A stretch of 62,835 nucleotides of DNA, filler included, from Globobulimina sp. (lineage: Eukaryota), in the NCBI GenBank assembly GCA_003354225.1. It is 33 parts of 33 records of this genome, joined end to end, with 100 filler letters (N's around TTAATTAATTAA, not from the genome) between each part and the next. Parts side by side here need not be neighbours in the genome. Positions count along the whole stretch, not along the records: positions 45,782 to 47,587 come from PIVH01011725.1; positions 47,688 to 49,493 come from PIVH01011726.1; positions 49,594 to 51,399 come from PIVH01011727.1; positions 51,500 to 53,305 come from PIVH01011728.1; positions 53,406 to 55,211 come from PIVH01011729.1; positions 55,312 to 57,117 come from PIVH01011730.1; positions 57,218 to 59,023 come from PIVH01011731.1; positions 59,124 to 60,929 come from PIVH01011732.1; 25 more parts are not named here. The stretch is one strand, 5' to 3'. Both the position numbers and the translations under genes were made by a program. The notes beneath the pieces are model-generated. The model saw only the letters and a list, made by a program, of their open reading frames with translations, searched no databases and had not been told where the DNA came from. Shown in pieces: positions 45,842 to 59,625 of this stretch. Numbering within the stretch: position 1 is the stretch's first letter; the number at the start of each line of letters is the position of its first letter.

Positions 45842-47687
45842 GGTTTTTGTTTTTTAGTCAAATACATATAACAAAATACACTATTTTTCGCGACTAAAAC
45901 GTATTTGCGGTGACCCGTTATGTTAATGTTTCAAAATTAGCAATCGAATACAAAAATGATCACTTAAACAAAATAGTTATGGGATGTCATCTCCAAAATT
46001 TTCGGCGCTAAGCCACCCTTAAGTGCGTTAGATAATGGCGTACAATGACATCCCAATTTTCGGTCTTTATAAGACCACATGTCTGTATATAATAGAATGG
46101 CTGTATATAATAGCATTCTTTTTATTCATATTTACAGCGATCCTTGGGACCAAACACGCATATTATAAGTACATGGTTATTTTTGTTTGCAATTCTCAAT
46201 CCTAACACTTGCTCAAAAGTGACATGGTGCTCAAGAAATGAGTTATTCCACCAGCAAGTAGCTTCCCTATTTGCCGGCCGGTTAATAATTATGTTAGCAT
46301 CAGCAAGATAATTTTTGAAGTACGATTCCTGCATACTGACAGAGATGGCATGTGCTCCAAAATCCGGTCCCGATTGAAAGGTTACTTCCACATCCACATC
46401 ATGATCACAGTTAAAGAACGCTCTGACTACGGGTACCAGGCGATTGAACAGATCGATACCCTCAACTTCTCTGAATAGTAATTCAATTTCTTTTGGCAGA
46501 TCGGTGGTAGGAAACAGCAGTTCGAGGTCCTCAAACTTTGCATGAAATTGTTGTGGTGACAGAAAAGGAGGCCTGACGACGGGTGAATGAGCCTGATTAT
46601 GGGAACCTAGCGAATGAATGGCCCATGAACATATGTATTTCTCAAATCCTTGTCATCGAACAAATGAGGGTGTTTGCAGTGAACACCTAAACATACAACA
46701 TTATATTTTCAAGCACAATAAAATCTACTCACCAAGCTCGGGTAATCCAAACAAACCAGCAAACAATTTCCAACGTTTGGTAAAGTCGAAATCCCACACT
46801 GCCTGTCAACCAATCTCTGTAGGGTCATCCAATATAGCAACCGAATGAGCCTAGTCTGAATGTATGACCATCGCCGGTTGTTATCTTCACAAAAAAGCCA
46901 TAGTCGAAGCGTACATGCATAGTTGCTCCATTCAAGAGCCTGAAAAGGTACCTTTCAAAAGTGAGAACCAAAGAGTCAAGTTACTTACACCCTGATCACC
47001 AAATCATACACCATCCATTTCAGGTTCTTGGACACCAATCGCAAAGATTTTGCAGATTCCAAATCAATATAGGAACACAGGGTAGTCAAAACCCCATATG
47101 GTAATATATCAAACATGACGACATTGATTCAGTGACTCCTAGGACCCAATATAAATATGTTCAGCCTTGAGATGCAGGCATTGGAAATTCTTGATGCCTG
47201 AATAAGGGCCGGGCACACATAACTAGAGCAAGTTCATGTCAGTCTATATGCAGGCATTGCACATTCTTGATGCCTCATTAACAAAAGTGTACTAAATGTG
47301 ATGCTTGAGATGCAGGCAATGAAGAACCATGATGCCTATAGGTATATAATACTAGGACGCAGTGATGATATCTGTATTAGTGGTGATTGTTGTTAAAATA
47401 TGGCTGATAATATAATAAAAGATACTGATTTGGCTCTCGAAGTGTTGGTAGTACAAGTAATTGATGCAGGTGTTCAATTAAACTGTTCCATTTCTAACCC
47501 CGTATTGGATAAAATGCTCGAGGAAATTAAGCTGATGCTGCAAGAGCACGAGGAGTTCTATCATTCGGCTGTAGAAAATCTTACCGGNNNNNNNNNNNNN
47601 NNNNNNNNNNNNNNNNNNNNNNNNNNNNNNNTTAATTAATTAANNNNNNNNNNNNNNNNNNNNNNNNNNNNNNNNNNNNNNNNNNNN

Positions 47688-48082
47688 CTATAAATCATTT
47701 TGTTGATGATGTTATAAAAGATACGGCCTTCGAAATTACAAAAGACGCACAAACAAATACAAAAATTATAAGCAAACAGCAAGAAATGTCGGATGTCATT
47801 CATTTATACGTAAATGTTGGAGAAAGCAAACAAAAAATTGGTCCGTTAAACTTAACAAAATATCATCATATCAAAGACATAAATGAAGTGATTAGAAATT
47901 ACTATCTTACACAAACAGATGAGGCCAAAAATAGTAGTATGCAAAATGCAACGATTGAGCTTACATTTAATGGCAAAAAACTATCAGACGAATGTTTGGG
48001 AAATTTACAACTTGAAAACGGAATCATTGAAATGCAAATTATACCACAGCAAGAAGCAGAAAGTGAGCAAGAAAATGAATAA
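47688..48082 (+). CDS. 3' end of a gene with a C-terminal ubiquitin-like domain
   Basis: Frame open from the contig start; IELTFNGKKLSDECLGNLQLENG. Confidence 0.45.
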
Positions 48083-48091
48083 ATAACATAC

Positions 48092-49493
48092 CGGCGGGGC
48101 CATACGGATTGCCTCCATATCCGAGATGCATTCCTTGTGTTAATACCAAATAACATTTATCCGTTAACGGAGTGTGTACTAATTTTGTCGCATTTCCTTG
48201 ATATTCAAATGAATATAAAAACTCTGCATTCACCATTGTTAATGATACCGTTTGAGAAGATTTATTTAGATAAAATCTTAGCTGTTTTAACCATAACCAA
48301 TCCGTGATTGAATGCACACGATTTTCAATCAATAATTCAGTCACTTTGATCTGATGAATAATCTCCAGAATTAATGATTTTATTTTCAATTCACTCAAAA
48401 CATCATTGGTGGTATTTATACGTGTATATTTTTCTAGTTTTGACTGTAATTCTTGACGGTATTTAGATAAAAATGGTGCGTTCGTCGTCAGATAACGTTC
48501 AATATTATGTGTAAAGTGTATCGATTGACATAAACATAAAATCTGTGATGGATATTGCTGAATATCAAATTGTTTGACACATTCAAATAATTGCTGTTTC
48601 AATGTCGATTTCATTTCTTTGGTTAGATTATTTAGCCAGACTTCCACGTCGGAGGTCACACAAACTGGTTTTGCTAATGTAACCTGTTCATTTTTGGAAC
48701 TCTGTATGGCAATGATTGTCTTGCCATCATTGGAGAATGTGACCCGATATATGCCCTGATATAGTTTCTTTAAATGTGTTTGAATTACTTTTGGATTCAT
48801 CGATTGTCCCAATATTTGCAACATATCATCGTCGCCCAAAAAATAAAAGCGTGGGAACTTACTTCGTTTGTCTTCCAAGTAATCACTCAGAGCTTTCTGA
48901 CACCGCTCCAATTGATCCACCAGCATTGCTAAAGTTTGGTGTATGTTATGAATGGATAGCAAATTGATTACATTTTGATTTGCTTGGACACATTTCATAA
49001 TCGTAACAAAATTCTCATCGATTCGCGCAAATCGGGACTGTTCTTTTGGTAAAGCCCCGCGAGAGAATATTGGTTGTAAATATACCCATTTCCTTTGTAT
49101 TTCATTCAAAAATCGCAATGACTCGTCCAATTTTATAAATTTGTCTTCGAGGCTGGCCACGCGGTCACTAAACGACTCGAAGAATGCCGATTCTTTCAAA
49201 GAGCTTAGTAATGACAATTGATCACCAACTTTAATCCACAAATCCTTCCATCCTTTGATTAAACAAATATCAATGTTGCTGTTGTTGTTTCTATTCTTAT
49301 TCTCCATTTTGATGAGCTCAAACTCTGCATTTTCAATCCAAACATGTAACTCTTGAATGGCTTCACGAATAGTTACCTCTCCGAGAGCTCTATTTGCTAA
49401 ATGTTTTAAGGCGTCTTGGTTTTTCAAAATATTATCTTTTGCTCTTAACAAATGGCCAAAGCTTAGGTTTCTGAGATTTATATTTTTGGAGAA
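48092..49493 (-). CDS. DYNC2H1: Cytoplasmic dynein-2 (IFT) heavy chain, internal exon
   Basis: IQRKWVYLQPIF, KRSKFPRFYFLGDDD, EYQGNATKLVHTPLTDKCY..GGNPYGPAG, then a GTATGT donor. Confidence 0.85.
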
Positions 49494-50277
49494 NNNNNNN
49501 NNNNNNNNNNNNNNNNNNNNNNNNNNNNNNNNNNNNNTTAATTAATTAANNNNNNNNNNNNNNNNNNNNNNNNNNNNNNNNNNNNNNNNNNNNAAAAAGT
49601 AAATTTATTTATTTCTCTCTCTCTCTCTCTTTTTTCTTTTTTTTAAAATATGTGGTCTCTTTTGTTTGCGACATTGCGTAATATCTCAAAACATACAATA
49701 AATATATATACCGACATCGATATGGCATTCAATTCATTTTTGTGGTTTCCTTTTGTTTTCTTAATTGTTATTTTGTGATTTTTTTAAATTAAAACTGATT
49801 TTATTTGATAGAAAATGTGACACCTTGTTTTTTGTGGGAGTGCCTACGAAATGATATTTTTTATTTTATTTTTTTCTGTGGATGTTTTTTTTTTGCTGTG
49901 TTTTATCCATTCATTGTTTGCTTGCACAAAATTGACACCTTGGCGCCTATTTATATCACTGTTTCTTTTTTATGTTTTATTTTGATTTGAAATGTTATTT
50001 ATGTCTTGCATGATACGTGATATTTATTGTTTTTTTTTGGTGCATATTGACCTTTTGCCTTTTTTAAAATAAATTTCGTTTCCCGAAAGTTTAAAAATTA
50101 AATGATTGTCCTTTGTTATAATATTTTGTTTCATTTTTTTTTTCTTTCAATTTTTGCAAATCTTGTATCATGATCATTGTTTTTTTGTGGTGCTTTGTTT
50201 TTGTCATTTTATTCGTACATTTCATCCATCAATTTATACTTTGATATTCCGCTAATTAAAACTAAAAAAACTGAGAC

Positions 50278-51399
50278 ATGGCAACTAAAACAAGACGTAA
50301 AAGCAAGTCTATATTTCCAAACATTGATTATGACCGCATGTTACCCAAATTACCAATGGATAATACTGGATACGTCCAATCATTTGATATCATAATAAAT
50401 GACAGTGATGAAAAAATATGCCAACAAAACAAAGAAGAAATTCAAGAATTTTTCCAAAAATATGGCATAGTGGTAATTAGAAACATTTTAAATGAAAACG
50501 AGTTAAAATTATCACAAAATGAAACCTTTGATTTTATCGAATCAACATTCAATGGATTTGACCGTAACAATCCAAATACATGGCATACAATATCTGGTTT
50601 ATCAGCGCAAGTTGGCGTAATATCTGATTATCCGATAATGTCTAAACAAATATGTTTAAACCGAATAAATCCGAAATTATATGAAAGCTATAAATATATA
50701 TTAAATGATTCCGATTTATTTACAAATATTGGTCGAATTGGCTGGATGCGACCTACCAAAAATATCCATTTTTCCGACGCAAGAATTGAGGACAGAACAA
50801 AATGGAAAACGGTTGATGGTAAACGATGGTTACATTTTGATTGGGATCCAATAACAAATCATTCACAAACATACGGTATGATGCCAACTAAATATCATTT
50901 GCAAAGTGATATTGATACATATAATAAGTTGCGAGTACAAGGAATATTGGCATTGGATGATTGTAATATAAATGATGGAGGCTTTGAATGTGTGGCGGGA
51001 TTTCATAATATTTTACCTTTCTGGTTGCATAAATTTGGAAAACATAAATTGCAGTCAAAGATTATGAATCATAGATTTACTTTCAATGTTAATGATAAAA
51101 TTACTGATTACATTACAAAATGTCCATTGAGAGCTGGTTCATTGTTAATATTTAATTCAAAGCTCCAACACGCAAATTATTCAAATAATTCCAATCATGG
51201 CCGAATGGTACAATATATAAAATATGCGGGATATGGTGACCCTGCGGTTAAACCCATTAAATATGGAATTAAGCAGAAAGGTCCATGGGATTTGATTCAA
51301 TTAAACTTGAAATTACCATTTGAATGCAATTTGTTGAGTAATGTACAGAAACGAATTTATGGAATTGGTGTTGACTGCAATGAAAAAGAAGTTGCTCAT
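50278..51399 (+). CDS. PhyH-like dioxygenase, paralog of 44918-45681
   Basis: WLHFDWDP (HxD) and distal LQHAN His; clear similarity to the other copy (LPKLP.DN.GYVQSFDII, NIGR.GWMRPTKNI). Confidence 0.78.
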
Positions 51400-51499
51400 N
51401 NNNNNNNNNNNNNNNNNNNNNNNNNNNNNNNNNNNNNNNNNNNTTAATTAATTAANNNNNNNNNNNNNNNNNNNNNNNNNNNNNNNNNNNNNNNNNNNN

Positions 51500-53305
51500 A
51501 AATTCATCATTAATATCATAAAAGATTTGTGCTAATTCTAATGGATCTGATTTTATAGTGCCTGTACTACATTGTGATACGATGCAATACGCTGTCATTG
51601 ATAATGCTTCATTCCATATCCATTTTTCGATTCCATTTGAATTTATACCATTTGTATATTGTCCATTGGCTGCATTTATTCGTATACCATTTGCTGTATT
51701 TAATATAGTTTTGATTTGTGACACCGTTAATGATGGATTTGTTGGTGATGGTGTTGGTGAAAATGTTGGAGTTACTCCATCTGTACACATTAATGGAATT
51801 TCATTCATTGCACAGCCTTCATTGCCAAATATTTGATGATTAAATGTTGGATTTGTACTACATTTATAATAATTATTATGCATACATCCATGACATAAAT
51901 TTGATTTTGTATCACATTTATTCCGCTCTGTATCATGGCATTGCGAACAAATATCAATATCAGAGATACTAAAATCAAATGGTTGCATCCAATTATTTGT
52001 ATTTGGATTTGATAAATCAGCACTCCAATAATAATGACATATAAATATTATATTATTATCAGCGTTGCAAATATTTATATTGCATCCAATATATCTTGTT
52101 TTGGACCAAATTAATTGTAAACAGTTTGCACATTGTGTAAAATCATTGAACTTTCCATTACATGACACTCCATATTCAAAATCATTAACACATTCATTAG
52201 TCCATGCCTGCAATGCATTATTTATTATATCATTTACTGTGTTCCATTGAATTTCATTTTGTTTTACAGTATATTTTGTTGTACCAATTTTTATATTGTT
52301 TGCGTTATGACTTAATTCAACTGTTGATATACCTTCATTTTGTTGATATAAAACAGCTAATTGTTTATTAGTTAAATACACATTTTTCTTACAAATATTG
52401 TCAATATAATGTCTTGCAATTAATGATAATGCTTTATCCCATACTAATTGTTCCATATTTTTGGCATAAATTGGAATGTTTTTATTTGTTCCAAAGAATA
52501 ATCGCTTGCCATTAGTAACATGACTGCGTATTTTGTTTATTTCATTCAATATATATTGTTGATCCATATTTTTATGTAAATCATAAATTGGAGACCATGT
52601 TGGAACGTGTGAAGGCTCAGTGGTTGGTTGAACAGTATAAATACCATCCTCATCAATATCACATTCATCATCGTCACCACTATTAGCAATCATATAATTT
52701 GTACAATTAATATCCTTGTTGTGGTTGTTTGAATATTTACAAACATCAAAATTCAATGAAGGACATCCATAACAAAGTCCAGCATTAATATCACATAACT
52801 TTCTATCCGTATATTGACATCCATTACAAATTCCATTTAATCCACCATCAAAATACGGCACAAATGCACCATTTTGCATTAAATTAACAGTTGTTGTGCC
52901 ATAATAATAATTACAAACAACCAATATGTATCTATCATTATTATTATTATTACATTGAGATATTCCACATCCAATATATCTACTTCTTTCTGCTAAAAAT
53001 TGTAAACAATTCTTACATTTGTCCTCATATCCAATATCACATATCATTGAGAAATATTGCCATCGAATACAACCATTAATCCATGAAAATATGGCTGAAT
53101 CGAAAATATTACCAATAGCAATATTATTTATATCGATATCTGTGTTTGCTAAAATATCATATTTAAATATAGTTTCACCAACACTCTCAGTGTCATTTAT
53201 ATTAATTATCGGTGTTCTATCCTTTGAATATTGTTGAGAATATAAATCAAAACGCAATGTATTGTTCGAGTATTTATAGTTGCATTTACTTGCATGACTA
53301 AATGA
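51500..53305 (-). CDS. Multi-CAP (SCP/PR-1) domain protein with PT-rich linkers, internal fragment
   Basis: Repeated ILNEINKIRS..LVWDKALS, QLIWSKTRYIGC..ICHY; PTFSPTPSPT spacers. Confidence 0.8.
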
Positions 53306-53716
53306 NNNNNNNNNNNNNNNNNNNNNNNNNNNNNNNNNNNNNNNNNNNNTTAATTAATTAANNNNNNNNNNNNNNNNNNNNNNNNNNNNNNNNNNNNNNN
53401 NNNNNATATTATCAATGCCACCCAATATGGAGATTAATTCTTTTTCATCTTCTTCGTTATCTCTTCCATTCTTCTATGCCTTATTGCAGGCACTTTGGTT
53501 ATAAAATGATGCCATACTACAAACTAGAACTAAAGTGTGAGATTGATCGATGCTATCATATACAAAAAGAAAAAGAGAGCGCGAGTTTTTTTTAAGTGAA
53601 AAACCAAAAATGAACGCTTAATTCTTAAATTATGAAAGAATTTGGCATTGACAGATCATAACACTGACATTGGCATTGCAGATTTGCAGTACTAGTGGTT
53701 TCCTAGTCAAAATACA

Positions 53717-54148
53717 TTATATTTTTTTACAATTTAAGCGCAATTCATCATACAATAGATTTGAAACATAAGCTGTGATTCCATAAAATATGAACCCACC
53801 AAACAGTAAAATCCAACTAAATGGAACAGTTACATTTGAGGTTGATATTGACTGAATACAAGCAATTGTGCTAAATACAAATAGATATCCTGAGAAAAAT
53901 ACGATTCTTTGAGTTGATTCGATGTTATATTTGTTATTATTATGTATTGAATGCCACATTGTGATTATTATGCCAATGGTAAAGATTCCAATCAAAAAAT
54001 GTCCACCGATAAAGCTAACCACTGTGATCAGAATCAAAATTATTAACAAATAATAAATTAAGTGTCCAAATCGTTTCGCTTTTGATGATGGTTTAAAGAA
54101 TGCATCCTTTGATGTTTTATGCAATGAAAAGCTGAATGTTTTATGCAA
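53717..54148 (-). CDS. Small four-TM hypothetical protein
   Basis: ORF with four hydrophobic segments. Confidence 0.4.
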   Translation of the reverse strand: MHKTFSFSLHKTSKDAFFKPSSKAKRFGHLIYYLLIILILITVVSFIGGHFLIGIFTIGIIITMWHSIHNNNKYNIESTQRIVFFSGYLFVFSTIACIQSISTSNVTVPFSWILLFGGFIFYGITAYVSNLLYDELRLNCKKI

Positions 54149-57100
54149 TACTGATATCCATATTTATTATTAATAGTTATAATGGAATACGTACCACATA
54201 TTACTAATGGAAGACTTTGTATTAGAGTGAGTTCAAGCATTAGATAACCCCCCTCCCCATGGCGATAAGTTGTATACATTTTATTCAATATACTTTTATT
54301 GTGACCGCCAATAAGTGACTGTCAATAGTTAAAAAAAAATTCTTTATTATATTTTGAAGTCAGATTGAAGTCAGATGAGATGGCATCGATTTTTATTGGT
54401 TATGCACAAATGTTTTCGATGCTAACATTTCATGCATTTGTGATAATTTTAATAATATTACCTCGCTTTCTAATATTTTATAGTTATCCAAATCAATATC
54501 GACAATTTCATCATTATATCCTACTTTATATGCAGTTGTTTGATGGATATATTCTTTAAATTTATTTACATACATATTACAATTTAAAATATCTCTCAAC
54601 TTCAAGTAATTATTCTTATTTTTATCCACCCGAATTTTCAATGCCAATCCAACAAAAATTTTATAATTCATATTAGTATATTTTTGACGATAAATAAGAG
54701 TCTGTGTATTTATATGAGGTTTAATAAAACGTATTGTAATTAAAAATGTATTACTATTCCAATCATCTGGCATCATTATCATAAATAAATCAACATTAAT
54801 CATTGACGGATCACCACGACTTTCACATTTATATTCATCCATTATGTTATAATATGAATTATTTTGTTTTTCATATTCGAATTCATTATTATCAGGAATA
54901 TTTAATATAAAATCTAAATTATTTTTATTTTTATTATTTGCAATAAGTTAATGCATTATATCGATATCCATGTATTTGACGATATACGTATACACACACA
55001 ATAAATACAGAAATTTATAATCAACCCAACCAAAATAAATAATGAAAAAGTAAATGGAATTGATTTTATGGATCATCCCTCTCTTTATGGAAAAGATTAG
55101 TGATTCCCATAATATGATATGTAACTGACTGCCTTTTTTAATAGAATACTGTGCCAATTTTGCATTATCATTCCCCAAAACTTTGTTGTACAAGCATTGG
55201 ATGCTTTTCTTNNNNNNNNNNNNNNNNNNNNNNNNNNNNNNNNNNNNNNNNNNNNTTAATTAATTAANNNNNNNNNNNNNNNNNNNNNNNNNNNNNNNNN
55301 NNNNNNNNNNNTAAAATGGGTCGGGAAATTCAATTACTAATGTGCTAAAAGCACGGAGTGACCCCGACCTGTTGACTCTCAGTGGTTGCCGCAAATAATA
55401 GAATTTCTTAATCTTAATTTCTTAAAGAATTCTTTCAAAAAGACAAAACCACAACAATGATACTAACTTTCTAAAACGGAAATACAAAATATGTACAATG
55501 CTATTTTTTAGAACTATTTTAATTGGGAAAAAGCACAATGGAAGGAAATCAAATGTTCCTGTTAATAGCCAGTGAACCTCCTTCTGAGAATGAAGCATAT
55601 TATAATGATTACTACTGTACTACTACTGTATGCCACAAGGGCCTGTTGCGTTGGTGCGTCACTAATATTTCATATGTATCTTTAATCACGCACTGATGGA
55701 ATATGAGCTAAACATATCACTTTCAACCATGAATTTGTAAATAAATTTATTATTAGAAGAACCCATAATTAAAGAGCATTTATACCAAACATTTATTTTG
55801 GAAGGAGGACAACATCCTTTATTACAACACTCCAGTCTACTATCGCATCTAAAACAAAATACGATAAAGGACACATTTCGGAAAATAAAATATGTACTAT
55901 ACTGAAATGAATATTTGTAAAAAAATCCATTATATTGTTGTTGCGTGTAACACCATTTATACAGATCATGAACAATTATACCAGAATCATTGTTAATTTT
56001 GAAATGGTGATACATTTTGTATTTGTACCTGCAATATTTACAGTAGTTTAGAAAGGGGCAAAAAGGAACAAGCCGATCATAGTAAGTGATATATCGGTTC
56101 TAATGGTTTTCGTTAACCATATTTTCACCGCGGTCAAATCCATCCAGTTAAAACGATCCGATACGGCTACATTTAGCCAAGTCACTATCTATCTGGAATG
56201 GAAATGGCCAAGCCAAAATACAGTAATCCTACGGGCCTATTATACGGTGACATTTTGACAACAAATTGCAAAATTTTATCCCTAAATAATTTCCTATTGT
56301 CTTCAAACTAGCAACAATAACATGTTTAGTAGGTACTGTATACTAACAGCATAGGACATTTAAAAAAAATTAAAATCAGCCTAAAACATTACAAGTCGGA
56401 AGAACGGGCTGAGTTAAAAAAAGTTGTACTAAACATCAACGAGTACAGCTAGTATGCTGGTCAGCCTTAAGGATTCTGCTCTCTACTTGACAGAATACAC
56501 TGTTACAGTAACTATAAATCAAAATGCAGACCAATACGCGTATCGCACATTTTATCTAAAAATGTACAAACAGTAAATCAAATGTGACCCTGGGCGATGT
56601 TACGGACACAAAATTTATGCCCTACTAACACGACAGTACGATATTAACTGCCTCGCATAAAAAGACAAATCGCGGTGGTTATTTTTAAGATGCTCAATGA
56701 TAAGAGTATACCGTTTCAGTTATGAGACGAAAGAAGGGGACGTAAATCTTAGAGCAATATGCAAAATGCGTAAATATGACTTATTGCTGTGGTTATTACA
56801 GAACTAAAATTTTGACCATTTTGTTCCTTGACTCATTTTGACTTAAAACAATCGCTATCCACCATTCTTGTGCGCGAGTAAAAGTGCACAATACGCACCA
56901 CAATGGTGTGGGAATAAAACCGAAACACAGTACAACAACTACCATATTAGCGCGCGTTACAACATTTCAATTCAGTTCTATGTACATAGTTAATCAGAAA
57001 TCCCCACCAATTCACTTACTTATTTTTCGTATCTCTATGACATCGAGGATTAGAAGCCAACAACCTCACAATATCAGCAAATACCAATTTGGTTCCAATC

Positions 57101-57217
57101 ACTTCATCTGTACAGCCNNNNNNNNNNNNNNNNNNNNNNNNNNNNNNNNNNNNNNNNNNNNTTAATTAATTAANNNNNNNNNNNNNNNNNNNNNNNNNNN
57201 NNNNNNNNNNNNNNNNN

Positions 57218-58840
57218 GAAATCGAGATGAAACATCAAATGTTAATGCAATTAATTGAAAAATCGATGGTAACTAACGACGATATTATCGACTTTAATAA
57301 AATCAGAGTCCGACGGTTCTGCAGAGCCACATTATACCATTTATCGAATGAAACTGGCAGCGACCTACCAATCCCAAACTGGCTGACATCGGAAAGTTGG
57401 TTTAAAATGACCAGATTGATTGCGTCTGACCAATGTGTCCAAAGTGTATCGCGTGCTGCTAAAACTGATTTAGAATTTGAAAATAGCAATGTATATATAA
57501 CTCCGATTATAATCAATGGAATCAATCCGAAATTAATTGTGGGCGACGACTCGCTCAATTTCCCGATGATGCAGTTCAAAATCGGCACATTAACAAAATA
57601 TGTGCTATTATTACGTGCCGACTTCTATAATCAATATATTGCAACCGCCGGAAGCTGTGCCTGCGGGAAAAAGTTCTCAAATCATAGTAAATGCCCAGAG
57701 CAGGCGGCGTATTTAGCAAAATGTATCAATGCAATCCGACAAAAATACAGAAACGGAAAATGTACCAAGAAGCAAATGGAGGAGAATATTAAGAAAATCG
57801 TATCAATCAAATGTCTCAGATGTGGCTATTGGGGACATTTTATGAATCAATGTCGATGTGGTAAGGCGCGGTGTGTATGTTGCTTTAGATCGGGACATAT
57901 CCGATCATATAATCCCATTATTTGCGATGATGCATATTGTTTGCGGCAATTATTCAAGAATTTATTTGATATTATAACCAATTTTGACGTCGTTGCATTG
58001 GCCAATATTGACCATTATAAATTGATTAAATGTAAAGTGAATGAAACATTTGCATTGAAAGACATATATAAATCGTCACCACCGAGCGCCCCCAATCAAA
58101 AAAGTACGATATTGGCAACCAATTTAAATAATAAAAACAAGAATAATAATAATAACAATTTGATTAACTATTCCGAGGCGGCGACCAATAACAATGACAA
58201 CGTCCAAAACAACAACAGAATCAATGCAGTCCCCGGCACTCCAAACTTAGACCTCTTGTATATCTCCGATGAAATCTTAGATAGCAATGGATTGAATGAT
58301 GCGGACTTTGAGGAAGAGAATTCAGTCGAAATCATTGAAAACAAAGAAGAAATATTGCAAAATGATCAATATACACCGCAAGGATCGAATATCGATATCA
58401 ATATGGCGCCATTTACAAACTCATCTCCATCGGATCCAAGCCCAACCCCTACGATCCCGATAAAACATAATAATAATAACAGAAAGATCCCAACAACTCT
58501 GCCAACAATTTCCCTCTCAAATAACTCGAATTCGGCACAAGAATATCAATTTGATGACCCACCGGAGTTGATTGCCGCCATTAAACCGCGCAAACCACAG
58601 CCAAAGAATTTGCTGACAGTGCAGCCAAAATTACCCCGCTATTCGCAAACCAGAGTGACGAATGCGGAGAAGTTCCATAACCAAATCATCAATGACAGAT
58701 TAACGACAGTAAGCTCCAAAAGAAAGAAATCAAATAAATTGCCATTCCCAAATATTAGAGGTTCCGGCGTAAGACAACGAGTATCAAAGAGGAAAGCCAC
58801 CAAATCCACCAATAACATTAATGATAAACAAGAAATTTAA
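57218..58840 (+). mobile_element. Gag-like/ORF1 protein with zinc knuckles, probably from a non-LTR element
   Basis: CLRCGYWGHFMNQC and CVCCFRSGH..C knuckles, intronless, disordered tail, overlapping downstream ORF at 58821. Confidence 0.55.
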
Positions 58841-59229
58841 CAGCAAACCAAAGAGACGATGCATCCAATCAATAATTTATAATACGTGTAAAATATTAAT
58901 AATTTTAATTTTTTGCTTTTTCTATCTTACATTCTTTGATTTTGTGATTGAATTTATTGAAGACAGAGAAGATTTTATATTTACGGATTTGTATATTGAG
59001 TTTTTAACTCATTACGATCCGTGNNNNNNNNNNNNNNNNNNNNNNNNNNNNNNNNNNNNNNNNNNNNTTAATTAATTAANNNNNNNNNNNNNNNNNNNNN
59101 NNNNNNNNNNNNNNNNNNNNNNNTCGGATATCATTGAGTTTGAAGAACAAGACAATTGAGAGTTTATTTCGAAAGACAAGAAATGGGAGATAAAGTAAAT
59201 GGGATTGATTCAAGGAATTGCTTTTAGCA

Positions 59230-59625
59230 TTAACTTAATGTCAAATTTGTAACGTTAACCTTTGCGTTTGAATGATTTGGTTCAATTATAGGTTGGAGAC
59301 CAGGTTCCACAGAACTGATAGAAACAGAAACAGTAACATCATCCTTAATAATTGAAACAGCAGAAACCATATCAGTAATATCATGATCACCAACAGTTTG
59401 ACGTTTAGATTCTGCAGTTTTATCCAAATTGGTCAAATATAAAATGCCACAAATAATAATCAGACATCCAATAACAAACAGAACCTGATTTCTTGTGTTG
59501 AGAAAATCATCAAATTCTTGATACACAAACAAACCGCCCAATATTCCAACCAATGTCCAAAATGATTGAAATATCGGTATTATTTGCATTGGACTGAAAT
59601 ATCTGAGTCCATAATTTAAATGGAT
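59230..59625 (-). CDS. NIPA-family Mg2+ transporter, C-terminal fragment
   Basis: HLNYGLRYFSPMQIIPIFQSFWTLVGILGGLFVYQEF..GCLIIICGILYL. Confidence 0.7.
   Translation of the reverse strand: MHLNYGLRYFSPMQIIPIFQSFWTLVGILGGLFVYQEFDDFLNTRNQVLFVIGCLIIICGILYLTNLDKTAESKRQTVGDHDITDMVSAVSIIKDDVTVSVSISSVEPGLQPIIEPNHSNAKVNVTNLTLS

Noticed and set aside
47172-47337. Three 28-bp partly palindromic repeats resembling a mini-CRISPR
   Set aside because: Repeats are divergent, spacers unequal (48 and 34 bp), no cas genes; they translate as peptide repeats (MQALEILDA, MQALHILDA, MQAMKNHDA)
55312-57117. Possible gene in a mostly non-coding contig
   Set aside because: Only a small Cys-rich candidate exon (CDSRLECCNKGCCPP) is visible; too little to call
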